Shown in pieces: positions 13,117 through 26,710 of a stretch of 64,000 nucleotides of DNA (the first letter of the stretch is position 1; each line of letters begins with the position of its first letter). Made by a program: the position numbers and the translations under genes. Source of the stretch: Lama glama. Taxonomy: Eukaryota. Location: positions 35,528,001 through 35,592,000 of the forward strand of contig CM052818.1 in NCBI GenBank assembly GCA_028534125.1. Reading direction: 5' to 3'. The notes under the pieces are model-generated. The model was given only the letters and a program-made list of their open reading frames with translations, had not been told where the DNA came from and ran no database searches.

Positions 13117-13344
13117 CTGGAAAAGACAGACCAGGCTCTCGGTGGCCATGCGATGGCTAGAAGAGTTCAAGTCTCAAGGGAAATGATCATTCAATTTAAC
13201 CAGCATTCAACAGAGTGCCTATCATATATGTGACAGACATATGTGGCATGATTTCGGGGATACAGAGATGATTAAAACCTAGTTCCTGCTCACCAGGAAC
13301 TCACAACTTAGCCCAAAGTGTGCTATCTATAAACAAAAATAGTG

Positions 13345-13458
13345 GATATAAATGTACGTATGTGTGTGTGCATACTGCAGGGATTTACTACATGAATGTG
13401 TAGATATGTATGCATGTGTGTATAGGGAGGGCCGTGTGTGTGTGTGTGTGTGTGTGTG
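13345..13458. repeat. Imperfect (TA/TG)n tract ending in (TG)n
   Basis: Seen directly. Confidence 0.85.
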
Positions 13459-14156
13459 AATGGATGACAAGGCTTCAATGAAAGCAACTGGGAATTAAGA
13501 TGTATTGGATATATGACACCAACACACGAGCAGGAAGAAGGCAGCTCTGCAGCTCTCACGGAGCTGTCCAGGGGATGCTGGAAATGGGACTCTCCACGAC
13601 CCATCAAGGAGCGGTCATTGATTCCCCAAGAGCAAGTCAAGTACATCAGACCCCGACATTTTTGAACCACACAACCCGTAATGCAGCGGGACTGTGGAGT
13701 GGTGCCTTGGAAGCCAAGAAGCCTGGTGTCCTGTGTGCACACCCGACACCTGGCAGACACCAGAGGGAGCACGGAGCAGACGTGGGCTCCAGAGCCAAAA
13801 CCCAAGAAGGGAAGTGCTCACACTTAAAAGCCAGGAAAGAGTACCATCAAGAGAGCTGGCTGCTCAAGGAACTATCACCCAGAGAGACATGAGTGAGAAG
13901 GATGTTCAGCAGCAGCCCAAAGCATGCCAAGACAAACTTTCAGAGCCCTCCGCAGATTCTGACTTCAGAGTGATCCAAAAAGCTTCTCAGTCTTCAGGCT
14001 CCCAACAGCTTCTGGCCATTGACCAGGGCTGTGGCCACAGTTTCGGTTCCTCTGAGTGGGTCCTGGGGGGGGCCTGCCTTCCGTTGCAGCAGCTCCCAGG
14101 GCCCTGTGTGGGGTGAGAAGGTGAGAGGCACGATGATGGCAGGAGATGTGACCCAC

Positions 14157-14233
14157 CTCAGGATCCTCTGGGAAGATGTTGTCAACCAGCCTTTTGTACC
14201 TGGGGCGCAGGGCTCCACAGCAGCCACACACAC
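14157..14233 (-). CDS. EFR3B: EFR3B coding exon 2 ((G)VCGCCGALRPRYKRLVDNIFPEDPE), with the N-terminal Cys cluster
   Basis: ttgcag|GTGTGT...CCTGAG|gtgggt, 77 nt. Translation matches the EFR3 family N-terminus. Confidence 0.97.
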
Positions 14234-14513
14234 CTGCAACAGCAATGAGAAAAACCTGTGAGCCAAGCCTCCCTGGTCAGGCTGAGGGGACCAGGCCCCC
14301 CGCTTGTTAGAAACCAAACCCAAGCTGGAAACAGAACGGTCCCTCCCTCAGAGTGCCAGGGCCTCATCCTTCCAGGGCCTCATCCTTCCACAGCTTCCCC
14401 ACCCCCACCTCCACCCCCATTCCAAGATGTGTCTTTCCTTCTTGGTGTCTTTTGCTTAGGGATCAGGCACAAGTGCCAGCGGACCAGCATTTGTTCAGGA
14501 AGCCAGGGCATAG

Positions 14514-14588
14514 AGCACACACATGCATGCACACACGTATGCACACACGTACACACATGTACACACACACACACACAAGCGTGCGCGC
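14514..14588. repeat. Imperfect (CA)n microsatellite (UG-rich in the EFR3B pre-mRNA)
   Basis: Seen directly. Confidence 0.88.
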
Positions 14589-16924
14589 TCTGGGACAAGA
14601 CTATATATAAAAGTGCCTCCTGCAGCCTAAGAATCTCCCGCGGTGTCCTGGGAGACAGATGCGGCTTGGAAGAGCGGTCGCTCTACCTACCCTGCCCCCT
14701 CGCTGGCTCCCACTTCTTTTCTACTCCAGTCCTCGATCTCCTTTACCATCCTCTCCCCTGGGGCCATTTCCATTATAGAATGTTATGTGAAACTATGACA
14801 AATTAACATGGCCATTAATTATTCACATCTGAAAATACATCTTTACTGCTGCGAGACCATGGTGTTTGAAAACTGTGGTGTTTGGGAGCTGGAGGGCCTG
14901 GTGGGGGATGGGCACCAGTCGATGGTTCTCAGTGCCAGCCCTCCCCCACCTCATGAAGTTTTCACCAGTCTGGGGCAAAATGAAAAACCGAGTATAATGT
15001 GGTACATTTCTAGAAGGCTGAACCTCTTCTGTTTAGAAGACCGACATGACCTCCTTCTTTGTATTCTGGTGCTGTGAAACGACGGTGTAGGAAATCAATG
15101 ATAATAAGACAAACTTTGGGAAAATAGAAAGTGGACAAGCCTAGGTCCCACCATAAAAAGTCTTCAGTTGGAACCACCGTTCCTCCTCAACTGTTCCTCC
15201 CGATGCAGACACTCTCCGCCTGGCACATCCCAGCCGCACACTCAATATGTGTGTTGAGGTGAGGGGGACAGTGTGCCTTGGGGAAGGGGAGAAGGTGGCA
15301 GGGAAGAGTCTGGGAGCCTGGGAAAGTCCACCCCCTCAAAAAAAACATTGGCTTCTCATTCTACCAATTAATGCTTAATTCTGTTTGTACAAACAGTCTA
15401 CTTGAAAAGCAAATGGATCCTGGAAGGATCAAGCCTATGGATCATTCAGAAAAGAATGAATTACTTTAGTGGGAATTACTTTAATCACACAAAGAGCTTT
15501 ACTGTGGCCGGAAAAGCTGCTCTCAGGGACTGGGCAGGGGTGTGAGGCAGCAATGCCAGGAGGAGGAAGGACTGCAATCTGGGCTCCAGGGGACACTCGG
15601 GTGTTAGGGAACGGGTGTGTCCTGGGAGGCGCCCTGAGGGCAGCTTATCAGATTCATGATATCTAGGGACCCCCGCGGTCCCACCCACTCTGGGCACGGG
15701 GAGGATGGCCAAACAGGTCCACGGCTGCAGACTGGCCTCTCGGTTCAGTCTCCTGGGCTGGCCTGGCACTGGCGTCTCCTTATCTCCTCCCTGCCCCTGG
15801 CTGGAAGAAGGTGTTAGGGCCCCAGCTGGCTGGCATCCAGGGTTATTTCTCACGACGGGACAGCTCCCTGGGGTCACGTTGCTCCTCTTGGGCCTCAAGG
15901 CCCAGAATTTAAACTTGCCCTCCTGCCCTCTGCCCAGGACAGCCGCCAGCTGCCCTCCCCTCTGCATCCGCCAGGCCCAGGCGAGCTGAGTCTTTGCACA
16001 ATTGCTAGCTGGTCGATGCTCGCCGGTACATCTTACTGCAGCTTCCCCACTGACCACTTACTCAGCAATGGCAACCAAGGCCAAAGGAGGGCCAAAGGCC
16101 TAAGAAGTGAGAATCTCAAAACGTTCCTTCAGAAGATCAACCCTCCCTGGCTTGTGGGTCCAAGATAATAACTTGACCTCAACTCCTAGTCACTGCCCAG
16201 CCACCTTCTCCAAGCCAGTGTCCCTGAACCTTCCTGACTCAATGCAAATGTGACACATCACGAGTGCACACAGCAGACCAGAGTCAAATGCTGTCGACAG
16301 ATAACGTAAGAGGCTCACTGGAGAGGATCCACAGGACTGGCCACTGGAGGGTGGCCAGGAGAGCGCCATCGTGTGTAACTAACAAGCATTCCTCACGAAA
16401 GGGTCTGAGGACAAATAAACCTATGAAATCAGATACACCAAGTCTTCCTATTTCAAATTTGCAGGCATATTAGCTTATTAAAGCCCCTGAAAACTCCTAA
16501 GGTAAGGGAATTGACTTAAATTTGTTCAAATCAACATCTCCCCACTTTTCTCTGTTATAAATACCACTGCAATGAATACTTTTAATCTTCTTTTTTCAAG
16601 GTATATGTATTGCCTACTATGTGGGAATGGAAAGGTACACAATACTGTAAATTTGGTACATTGGAAGCAGTGCTAATTTTAGAGTTTAAGAAGTCCTAGG
16701 TTCAAGTCCTGTTTCTCCCATTTGATCTTTGAGACTCAGCTTCCTCATCAATATAATGAGAAGATTTTCCCTAAGGTACAATTCCATAATTGAAGTCCCA
16801 GGCCATTTGACATAGACTCTAAAGGGAGAAATCACCTTGAGTTCTGATGGTTGGGAGAAGGCTTCCCAGGAGAGGAGGGACAAGAAGATGGGGGCAGGAT
16901 TCATGGAGGTGAAAAGGACAGTGG

Positions 16925-17160
16925 ACGCTTTACTCCTGTGCCAGGCGCTGGGCTAAAATACTTTATAGGCATCAACTCGTCCAATCCTTACAACAACCCT
17001 ATGGGATAGGTTTTATTTTTATCCCCATTTTACAGATATGGAAGCTGAGGCACCAAAAGGTTAACCTGGCTAGAGCCTTACAGCTAATAAGTGGCGGACT
17101 AGGATTTGAACCCCCCAGGTCTACCTCTAGAGGCCATGATGTCCTTCACTACTATACCAG
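16925..17160 (-). mobile_element. MIR SINE
   Basis: tttactcctgtgccaggcgctgggctaa...ccccattttacagatatggaagctgaggc...ggatttgaaccc matches the MIR core. Confidence 0.85.
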
Positions 17161-17238
17161 GGAAGGCATGCGCTAGTGCTGCCATCGAGTTAGGGAAGGC
17201 TTATACCGAAGAGGAAGGACCACCAGGGCAGTGCATCT

Positions 17239-17678
17239 TGAAGAAAGACAGAATATGTCACCCCAAAATATGCCTCTTTGACATAAAGATTATCTCCAGC
17301 TGAAGTCAATTAAGTAGCAGCAAAAGGCAGAAAAAGCTCTCCCTATTCTGCCTAAAGATGGGAAATAAATTCTCCTTTTACTGGAGACAAGAAGATTCTT
17401 CCTTTTAAGAAGTCATTTCTTCACCATTTACTACCCGTAGCCCAAACACCTTTGTCTCGTCAATTCTTCACAAATATATTGTTTCTTTGTCTAAAAGGTA
17501 TAAAAGCTTCCTTCTCTGGTCACTTCTTTGGGTTATCCTCTTGTAAAGGCTCCCACACACACATGAACATTTAATCAGATTTGGATGCTTTTCTCCTGTT
17601 ACTCTGTCTTTGCAGTTTAATTTTCAGACCCAGCCAGGGACACTAAGAGGGCCAAGGAAAACTTTTTCCTCCCTTACA
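17239..17678 (+). mobile_element. ERV1 solo LTR (MER34/MER39-like)
   Basis: Starts TGAAGAAAGACAGAATATGTCACCCCAAAATATGCC, has an internal TATAAAAG, and ends TTTTTCCTCCCTTACA. Confidence 0.8.
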
Positions 17679-17838
17679 GTTTCAAACTGTAACTGTACAC
17701 TTGTCATCTGGGGAGCTTATTAAAACGCAGATTCTGTTCAGAAGAACAGGGTCAGGGCCTGAGACTCTGCATTCCCACCAGGCCCCAGGTGATGCTCATG
17801 GCCCTGGTCCAGGGACCACACTTTGGGTTTGCAAAACA
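17679..17838. mobile_element. MER5A hAT-Charlie DNA transposon; its start at ~17229 is split off by the LTR
   Basis: gggcctgagactctgcattcc...ccaggtgatgct...gggaccacactttg matches MER5A. Confidence 0.75.
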
Positions 17839-17841
17839 CCA

Positions 17842-18030
17842 GAGCACAGTAGCTAAGAATTCGGGCTCTGGGGTCAGACAGGCTTACATTGAAATCCCAG
17901 CCCTTCCTATTTCTTACTGTTTGATCTTGAATAAGTTACTAAACCTAAATCGAAGTTCCCTCATATGAAAAATGAAGATGGGAATGGTTCCTTCCCAGGG
18001 GCTGTGGTGAGGATTAAATGATAACATCTC
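17842..18030 (+). mobile_element. MIR SINE
   Basis: ggctctggggtcagacagg...aagttactaaacct...gtgaggattaaatg. Confidence 0.75.
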
Positions 18031-19619
18031 CCCAGCTCCTCCTTTTCTAACTCCCTTGAAGCAAAGATACAGAAGACCAGGCTGAGGCCAGACTGAGGAC
18101 AGCTTTGAACAACAGGCTGAGGAGTTCAGGTTTTGCCTAAGTTAACTGGGAGCTCTGGGAACATCGTGAGCAGTGGGTGACATCAAAAATCAGTCCAGAG
18201 GTGGCATGAAGGATGGGAATGGACACAGAAATTTGAGACAGAAGTGTGTGAATGAATCACCCCTGGTCAGGGGCAAACACTCGAACTGAGTGATGTTATC
18301 CAGACAGGAGAGGAAGGGGCAGAATCAGCAAGACCTGAGGGGCTCTGTGAGGAGGAAGAGGAGGAAAGTACGAAAGGTGACTGTGGGCTTTCCTGAACAA
18401 GGACCAGAGACCAGCAACCCCCATGACTGAAATGGAGGAGACAGAGGTGTCTGGGGCTGGGGGAGTGGGGACACCTAGGTGGGAACATCCAGGTAGTCGT
18501 GAGGCGGGCTCCGGCTCATGGGAGAGACCAGGGCTGGAGCTGGTCACTGGCCCTCAGTGACCACTGGTGCTGTGAGAGAGGACCTGATTGCTCCAGGCAA
18601 AAAGGGACGGGAGGAGCAGAGCCCCCCCGAAGATGGCTGCCTTGTCCACTCCCTCTACCACTTTCTTCCTATTTCCCCACCCACTACTTTTCTATAAAGC
18701 CTTTTCCCTTTCTTTTTCTCATTTCTCTGCCCGTTTCTTAAGGCCCTACTGTGAACTTCATGCTGCCCACATGATTCCAGAAACATGCCCTTATTAGCAC
18801 CCCCCCTAAAAATCAAAATCCCCTGTCTCAGTGATCTGATTATTTAATTCACAAGATGCTAGTAGCTGATCAATAGTCTTCTGAAGGGTATATGCATCTT
18901 TTAAATGTTTATAGATAAGCAAAATAATCTCTAACAGTTGAACCTTAGAGCCATTTGGGTTGGGGGAGGGTATTTACATGAGAAAACCAGTATACAAATG
19001 TCTGCAAACTGTTCTGTTATGTTGGGCTCTGGAGTTTGTTTGTTTGCTTCATTGTTTTTCACTCTTTACACACTCAGTTTTAAGGAAAATAAGGTAGGGA
19101 AGCAAAATTAATAGCCTTGTTTTTTTGTTTTTGGGGGGGATCGGGGGGAGTACAGAAAAAGTTAATAGTTTTTTTGTTTGTTTTTAAGCAACCACACTAA
19201 CTTTCAAAAGAAGATGGGGTAGACAACTATGAAGCCACATAACTGACAATGTCCTAATTAAAGGAAAGAAACACAAGAAAGGATTATTAGGGAAAATAAA
19301 GCCAAAGCTATTTACCATCTTATCTGCTCTACTTTAAAAGAAATGGATCATATAACTAAAGAGATTTTTTGTAATCTCAGCCAGAAGGCAGAATACCTTG
19401 AGAACCACTCCACACTTCCTGGGTAGGTAATCAAAGCAGCAGATAAAGGTCTGCTCTCTGATAAGGCATAGAGGGCTTGGTCAGGAGCTCCTGCTCTGCA
19501 TGCCAAAGTATCTGCTGAATGAAGAATGAGTGTGTGATTGAGAGGAAAGCATTTAGCAGAAGATCTCCAGATGCTTGCAATTCTCCTAGGAGGACTCAGG
19601 GGAATGTTCCCTTTCTTCA

Positions 19620-19734
19620 TATATATAAATAATGTTACATTTTATTTTATTTTTCAAAATGAAGGTACTGGGGATTAAACCCAGGACCTGATGCTTGCTA
19701 AGCATGTGCCCTACCACTAAACTATACCTTCCCC
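19620..19734 (-). mobile_element. Camelid tRNA-derived SINE (Vic-1-like)
   Basis: Reverse complement resembles GGGGAAGGTATAGTTTAGTGGTAGGGCACATGCTTAGC...GGTTTAATCCCAGTACC; flanking GGGAATGTT repeat (TSD). Confidence 0.8.
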
Positions 19735-22700
19735 TGGGAATGTTTCTATTGGAGAACCGTTGGCTTGAGTTCCTGAATCCTGCCCAGCCTGTCTTCTGGG
19801 GTTGCCACCACCTGTGGCTCTTGAAGCCAGGCTCACTAGGGCCAATCTCCCTCTAAGTGTGTGCATGGGGGATGGGGAATGGGTAGCCTGGGGCCAGGGT
19901 TCCTTCTGCCCTGCCCCTGCCTCACTCCCCAAACCCCCCAAGCCCCGCTTGCTGGCTCCTGACTTGGCCTGATTGCTTATCAGAATCACCCTTGAGTCTC
20001 TGAGGAAGGGCCAGAGGTGATCCTCTGATTCTGACGCACAGCCAGGGTGAGAAGCACTGGCCCAGCTCTCTGCCTGGCAGCAGGTGATAGCAGACCTCAT
20101 GGCTGCTGGCAGCCTCCGTGGACTCTGGACTGCTCATCTGGCAGCAAGGGTGTCCTCATGACTTCTACACACTGCAGCCCTGCTTCTCCTTTGCTCTGCT
20201 TGCCTGATCCTATTTCCTCGACTGATCTGTCCCCTTGATCACAGCTGCCCACTACATAGGGTGATTGGAGGTCTGAAAAAAGCAAAAAATTCTCAAACAC
20301 TAAACACATCATGCTTTTCAACATCTAGGCCCACTTCCTCCCAATTCCCTATTTCAAACTCAGCATCATCTCCCAGGCCCCCTGAGATACATTGTTACTT
20401 CATTTAGATATAGATTCCTTCCTCTTCCTCATCACTGCTCCATCCCCTGTCATGCTGATCTTTAATATCTAAAAAATGCAAGGGTTTACCACCTCCTCTA
20501 CGCAAAGCACTTGGCCAGGCACTTCACAAATATTTTGTATAATATTCATAGTAATGCACTAAGGTATGTACCATTATTCTCATTTTATAAAGAAGCAGGA
20601 TCCGAGAGGTTAGGTGCCCTGCCCAAGGTCACACAGCATGTGATTTTCTGCCATAAGGCTCTCCTAATTCTCCCATCACTTTCCCCAAAATATATCCTCA
20701 ATAATTTCTCAGGTTCATCCTGTGCTCTCATCTGCCACAGCCACCTTGCCAGAACACCTACTTGACACCTAATATCCAGTCCTTATAAATGTCACTTGGC
20801 CAGTTTCCTTGCTTCAATTCATTCTCTAGGTAGTTTTGAGGCAAATCTTTGCTTGATTTAGTTTGCTTCACAGCCAAGCTGTTTGTATGGCTCACAGTTA
20901 CATTAAATGTCAACCCTTCCACTTAGCATTCAACAGGAGCTGTCCTGAAACAGTGGGGTCATTCTGTCTTCATATCCTTCCTCCTGGCACAGCCCTTGTC
21001 CAGCCGCCAGAGGCCACATCAGAGTCCAACTGTGAGAAGGGCTGGGCAATCTGAGGGGCAGAGTAGGGTAACCATCCAGCCATGGACAGCCCCACAGCTG
21101 CAGATGAGAGGACATTCAGGTGACAAGGAAGCTAGAGACAGTGATGGAGCCTGAGAGTTAGAGCCATGATCCTGGAGGCCTTGAAGTCATCACACTGAGT
21201 GGGGGGTGAGGGGGGATGCTGGCATACCCTGGCACCTGCTGAGTCCTCCTTGGAAGACCCTCATTAATAACACCCCCAACTCTCAGCATTACTTTCCCCT
21301 CTGCAACCTAACTTCTGTATATCCTTTGCACTATATGAGCTGACACAATCTTCTACCACTGCTTGCTCAGGCTAAGTTATTTCAGGGACTCGTATTTTCT
21401 CCCCCCAGATAAACTGTAAATTCCTCAGGTCTCATTTCCTTCTAACTTCGGTACAGTATTCTGAGCCCAGCAGGACTTGAGGAAAGCTGTCATGACGTGT
21501 GATGCCTTTGATCAGCGTGAGACCCAGGGAAGTCACCTCCTCTCCTAGACCTTGGTTTCCTTTTTATAAACATCAATGCCAGTATTCCCATTCACCAAGA
21601 AAAATGCCTTTTTGCTCAAAATAGTTCATATTTATTTTCTCAGCTTTACAATTCCTTTGTAAAGGCAAGGGTTGGGCTTGCGCATCCCTACCAAAGCAAA
21701 CTGAATTCTTTTTAAACAATTTACAATAAAATTTAACCAACAGCTAATGGCACAGACACTCCTTTCAAATGAATTGGAGGAAGCAGTACAAAGTTCAGAG
21801 AGAAAGGGGCGTTAGATTCAAGTACCTCCTGTGAGGACCAGGTCTTGTGTCTAGCTGATGTTAACTGAACCTCAGCACTTTGTACAATACTTGCTGGGTG
21901 GAGTGGGGAACAGGAGGAAGTTTAAAATATACAGGTTCTGCCATCAGAAAACTTACTCTCTGGTTGAGACGCATCCACATTTAAAGTTGATGATGTATCA
22001 CAATGAGACTAAGAAGTCCATAAAACTGAAGAAATCTCTTGGAGTTTGATGAGTCCAGGAAGGCTTCCTGGAAGAGGCAAGACTGAGCTGGATCTCTAGG
22101 GGTGGAGAGAGCTGGTAAGAGCTGGTAAGTACTGGTGAATCCATGAAAGGATAAATCAACAGCATTTCAAAGGGGAAAAATTTAAGAAAACCAAAAAGGT
22201 TTCCTTTGCTCTCTTTCCCTTTTTCCTTATTCCTGATATTAAAAGGAATACATGCTTGTGTATATGTTTGTAAAATAGGAAAAAATTAAAAGGAATATAA
22301 ACATCACTTATAATCACACTATTCATGATTAACTGTCAAAATTTTAATGTATTTGTTTTAGTTTTATTTCTGTTTATCCATATTTTTAAAATATACACAT
22401 AAACTTGGGATCATACAGTATAGTGTTAAAACCCATTTTCTTCTTCTTATCTTGTGAGCATCTATCATCTCACTAAATATTTTTCAGAACCTCATTTTAA
22501 TGGTTATTTACTATTCCATCTTTTGCCCAGGCCCTGATCTAATCATTTCTCATTGCTGTTTCCAATTTTTCATTATTCTGAATGATGCAGCAATTTGCCC
22601 TTGGTAATTACAGCCAGGAATTGTACAGGGAGAGCCTGGTTCAGTTTTATCCGTGGTAAGGAAATCATATGGTGCCATGTGGCTGCGGGGCCAGTAGTGC

Positions 22701-23199
22701 CAGGGAGGTGGCATCTGCTGGGGCCAGGACCTGGCTCTTGTTGTCCAGGGAAGAGTCGAGATTGAAAGACCAGGAGGAGGTGCTGACGCAAATGTGTTTG
22801 GAGAAGGAGGCAGAGTCCGAGTTTCTAGACAGATTTTATTGGAAATGGAATTAAACAGCAGCTGAATTCTCCCTGGGGAGACAGTTTGGACCAGACTATG
22901 TCTGAATTCACAGACAACAGTAGCTGTCTGTAGCCCAACCTTTTGGAACCCCCTCGCTTCCAACACGCTCACTGCTTTCTGGCCAATCTTGGTTAATCTG
23001 ATTGCCACCTTAATTGAGGATGGGGATTTAAAAACAGAGAAATGTGCCCAATTGATTTAATGTCAGGGCTTCTATTCTTTACTAACTGTGAGCTTCCCTG
23101 GGCTTGAGTAACAGAGAAAAATGAACAGAATGTTTTCTCATTTCTTGTCTCTTGGAACCGCTAACAGCAGGAAAAAAATGTATCCCAACTTTTATCAGA

Positions 23200-23420
23200 A
23201 ACCAGACAACCTGACTTCCAACCCCAGTTCCAGCTCTCATAAGCTGTGTAAATTTAGGCAAGGCTCTCTGTGCCTCGGGCTACTCATCTGCAAAACGGGC
23301 ACAACAGAACTGACTTCATAAGGCTGTGGTGAAGACTAGATAAGTTAACACAAGTGAAGTTCTTAGGACTTCTTGGCATATAATAAGCACTCAAAGAACA
23401 TTAGCGATTGTCATCATTGA
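23200..23420 (+). mobile_element. MIR SINE
   Basis: ctctgtgcctcgggctactcatctgcaaaacggg...taagcactcaaagaacattagc. Confidence 0.7.
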
Positions 23421-23800
23421 TATTATTATGATAATAATTATTAAAATCTTCCCTAACTTAGGAGAGAGGGGGCAGGATAGAATAAAATGGAATTTCAGAG
23501 CAAGAATGATCCTTAAAGGCTTTTGGTTTTATTTTACACTTGTAGTGTGAAGCACAAATAGTACAACATTGTAAATCAACTATGCTTCAATTAAAAAAAA
23601 AAAGAAATCTAAATCCAAATCCAGGTAGACATACATCCCCTCTCGGACGCTCAGAGACGAATCTCTGAGTAGAAACACAACTGAGCAAGTGTCACCATGA
23701 CCACCAGCAGCAGCTACGGTGTTTCCAGTTTGTCTGTGCCAGGCACCAGGCTGTTTCACCTGCGTTCATTCATTTACTCTTTACAGAAAGTCTGTGAAAC

Positions 23801-24160
23801 CCCTACTGTATAGCACAGGGAACTACAATTTCTTGTAATAAGCTATAATGGAAAAGAATCTGAAAAATACATATGTATATCTATAACTGAACTGCTTTGC
23901 TGTACACCTGGAACTAGCATTGTACATCAACTACACTTCAATAAAAGATAAAATTAAAAAAATAAAGTTAATGATAGAGTAGATCTGAACAGTTCTCATC
24001 ACAAGGGAAAAAATGTTTTTCTTTGTAATTGTTTAAGGAGATGGATGTTTAAACTTATTGTGGTAATCAATTTGCAATAGATATAAGTCAAGTCATTATG
24101 CTATACCCCTCAGACTTGTGCAGAGCTGTATGTCAATTATATCTCAATAAATCTGGGGAA
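23801..24160 (+). mobile_element. Two adjacent L1 3'-end fragments
   Basis: cctactgtatagcacagggaac...tcaactacacttcaataaaa plus an A-rich tail, followed by a second L1 terminus ending tcaattatatctcaataaa. Confidence 0.8.
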
Positions 24161-26219
24161 AAGGAGGGGGAAAGTCCATGAGGCCGATACAATTAACCTC
24201 GTTTTGCAGTTGGCACCAAACCTAGGCTCTTATCTAATTTGTTGATGTGTAGAAACTAAAGCATGGAGGTTTTAGCCCTCAAATACCTCGCATTGTTGAG
24301 AGGCAAAAATAGAAACGAAAGTACACACAACAAGAATGTGGAACATGCACTCAGGGTCATTCTAATTAAATGTTACATGTCCACAGAACGGGATTGCTGA
24401 GGTAACTAGAGATGGGATGGGAACTTGTCAGAGGAGACTAATTTTGAACATTATTTATAAGAGAAGGATTCCATTCAATTGTGAGAAAGAGGGCTTCCCA
24501 GGTAGCAAGAGGGAAGAAGGAAAACACAGATATTTCCTGAGAGCCTATTACATTATATGCCTAACCTAAGTACCGTTTTTAAAAAATCTCATGAGGTGTT
24601 GTCACTTTTCAGGTGAGAAAACCAAAGCTCAGAGAGGCTCGTTAATTTGCCCAAGATCACACAGGGAGCATGGAACAGGGCCAGGAACAGACAGGGAAGG
24701 CCCTCTGACTTTGGAGCAATGGTGTGTATAGAGATTTGAAGTGAGAGTAAATATGTCAGGCAGGGGATATGAAGCAAAAGAAAATTAGAAAAAGCTTAAG
24801 TAGGAAAAAAACCTCCTAAGATAGGTGATTTAAAAAAAAGTTATGTATAATTGATGATGAAATCTGAACCAGGTCAGTGGATTGTACCAATGTTGATTTC
24901 CTGGTATTGATACTGAGGGAGGCTAGGGGAGAAGGGTGCAGGGGCCCTTCCTGTACATTTCTTTGCAATAACCTGCGAGTCTGTATTTCAAAATAAGAAG
25001 TTTTTTAAAAGGTGGCATATAACAAAGGCAAAGTAGACCTCCTCTGAGTGGCGGTGGTACCTGGCAGAGGACCTTGACGTAGGACGCTGACCTGCTCCTG
25101 AGGGCACAAGAGCCAGTGTCATGCCAGAGCCTTCCCACAACCCCTTTCGGGGCTCTTACAGCCTAGCTGGAGAGAAAAGACACAATCAGCAAATAAAATA
25201 TAAGCCAGCCTGGGTGCACTGATGTTTCTCAAGGAAAGTTTCATGTGTTACAGCGACTCAAAGGGAAGTACATGCTCCTTAGGCTGGGTTGGTTAAGGAA
25301 GACTTCTCAGGGGCGGTAGAATTTAGGCAGAGCCTTTAAGGATGTGTCAGGGAGGAGGAGGTGCAGTCCAGGCAAGAGAAACCGTTCAGTAAAGGATTAT
25401 GTGTAGACGTGGTTGTGGAACTCAAGCTTGCCTGGGAGCTCTTTGGCATCTAGCTACCAGTGTAGAATGGGCATTCAATAAAACTGTTGAATAGTTTAAA
25501 AAATATTCACAGAAAACAGTTTTTAAAGATTCATCCTCAGTATTGTCAGTCCAAACAGGAATTGTATCACAATGTAAATACAGTTTTGTGTTCTATAGCA
25601 CAGAAAGAACACACTTTGGAATTAAGCAAAACTGGGACTATGGGCTGTGTGACCTCAGACAGGTCATCCAAGCCCTCTGCTGGTTTCCTCATCTGTAGGA
25701 AATGAGCAAAGCACCTACTGTGAGCTGGCACACAGCAGGTGCTCCATATATGTGAACACTCTGGTCCCTTCATCTACTTCATAAGTATTTTTCCTGTTGC
25801 TGAATTGTCATCATAATTATCATTGTTAATGTGCCTTAAAATTCCACGGAGAAGACCTATAATCATTTCCTGAATGGCTTCTGTATTATTTGACATTCAT
25901 CTTGTTTATACTTTCATGCTATTAAAAATAACATTGAAATTAGTGTGTATATATTACAGCTTTTTTCACTTTCTGGATTATTTCCTTAGGATAGATTTCC
26001 AAAAACTGAGTCAAGAGGTATGAATATTTTTAAGGCTCAAGAATTTGAACAGCCTCTTCAGGGACAGGAATGGCTCAGGGTAGATGCAGAGGAGGTACCA
26101 AGCAGAAGTCTTGCGAGTCCTTAGGGCACAAGAAGCTCTGACCTCCTGGGGAAGGACTCCGGACTTTATCTTGCAGGTGAGGGACAGCTGTTTGAGGGTT
26201 TGTTGAAAAGGAGGGGTGA

Positions 26220-26495
26220 TGGACATAGAAAACAAACTGTGGTTACCAGGGGGAATGGGTTTGGGAGGGATAGACTGGGAGTTTGGGATTAACAGATACA
26301 GATTACTATATATAAAATAGGAACTATACTCGATTTCTTGTAATGAGCCATAATGGAAAATAAACAGAAAATATATACACGTGTATATATATATATGTTT
26401 ATGTATAACTGAATTGCTTTGCTGTACAAACTGAAACGAACATTCTAAATTGACCACACTTCAATAAAAAATAACAAAACAAAGTCTATCATCTC

Positions 26496-26525
<30 letters not shown>
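26220..26525 (+). mobile_element. 5'-truncated L1 3' end with long poly(A) tail
   Basis: gacatagaaaacaaactgtggttaccaggggg...acttcaataaaaaa followed by A-rich tails. Confidence 0.85.
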
Positions 26526-26526
<1 letters not shown>

Positions 26527-26577
26527 GGTGTGAAAGGATGCAACTAGTGTCTTCTAGGAAGACCCATCAAGAGTAAT

Positions 26578-26710
26578 GGGGGACGAGAGTATAGCTCAGT
26601 GGTAGAGTGTGTGCTTAGCATACACGAGGTCCTGGGTTCAATCCCCAGTACTTCCATTTAAATAAATAAAGAAACCTAATTACCTCCCCTCACCAAAGAC
26701 AAACAAAAAA
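26578..26710 (+). mobile_element. Camelid tRNA-derived SINE (Vic-1-like)
   Basis: A box TAGCTCAGTGGTAGAG, B box GGTTCAATCCC, tail AAATAAATAAAGAAACCTAATTACCTCCCC; imperfect TSD aagagtaatggg/aagactaattggg. Confidence 0.88.

Noticed and set aside
26578..26660. tRNA-like A and B boxes (also at 34784)
   Set aside because: These are SINE heads with SINE tails and TSDs, not tRNA genes.
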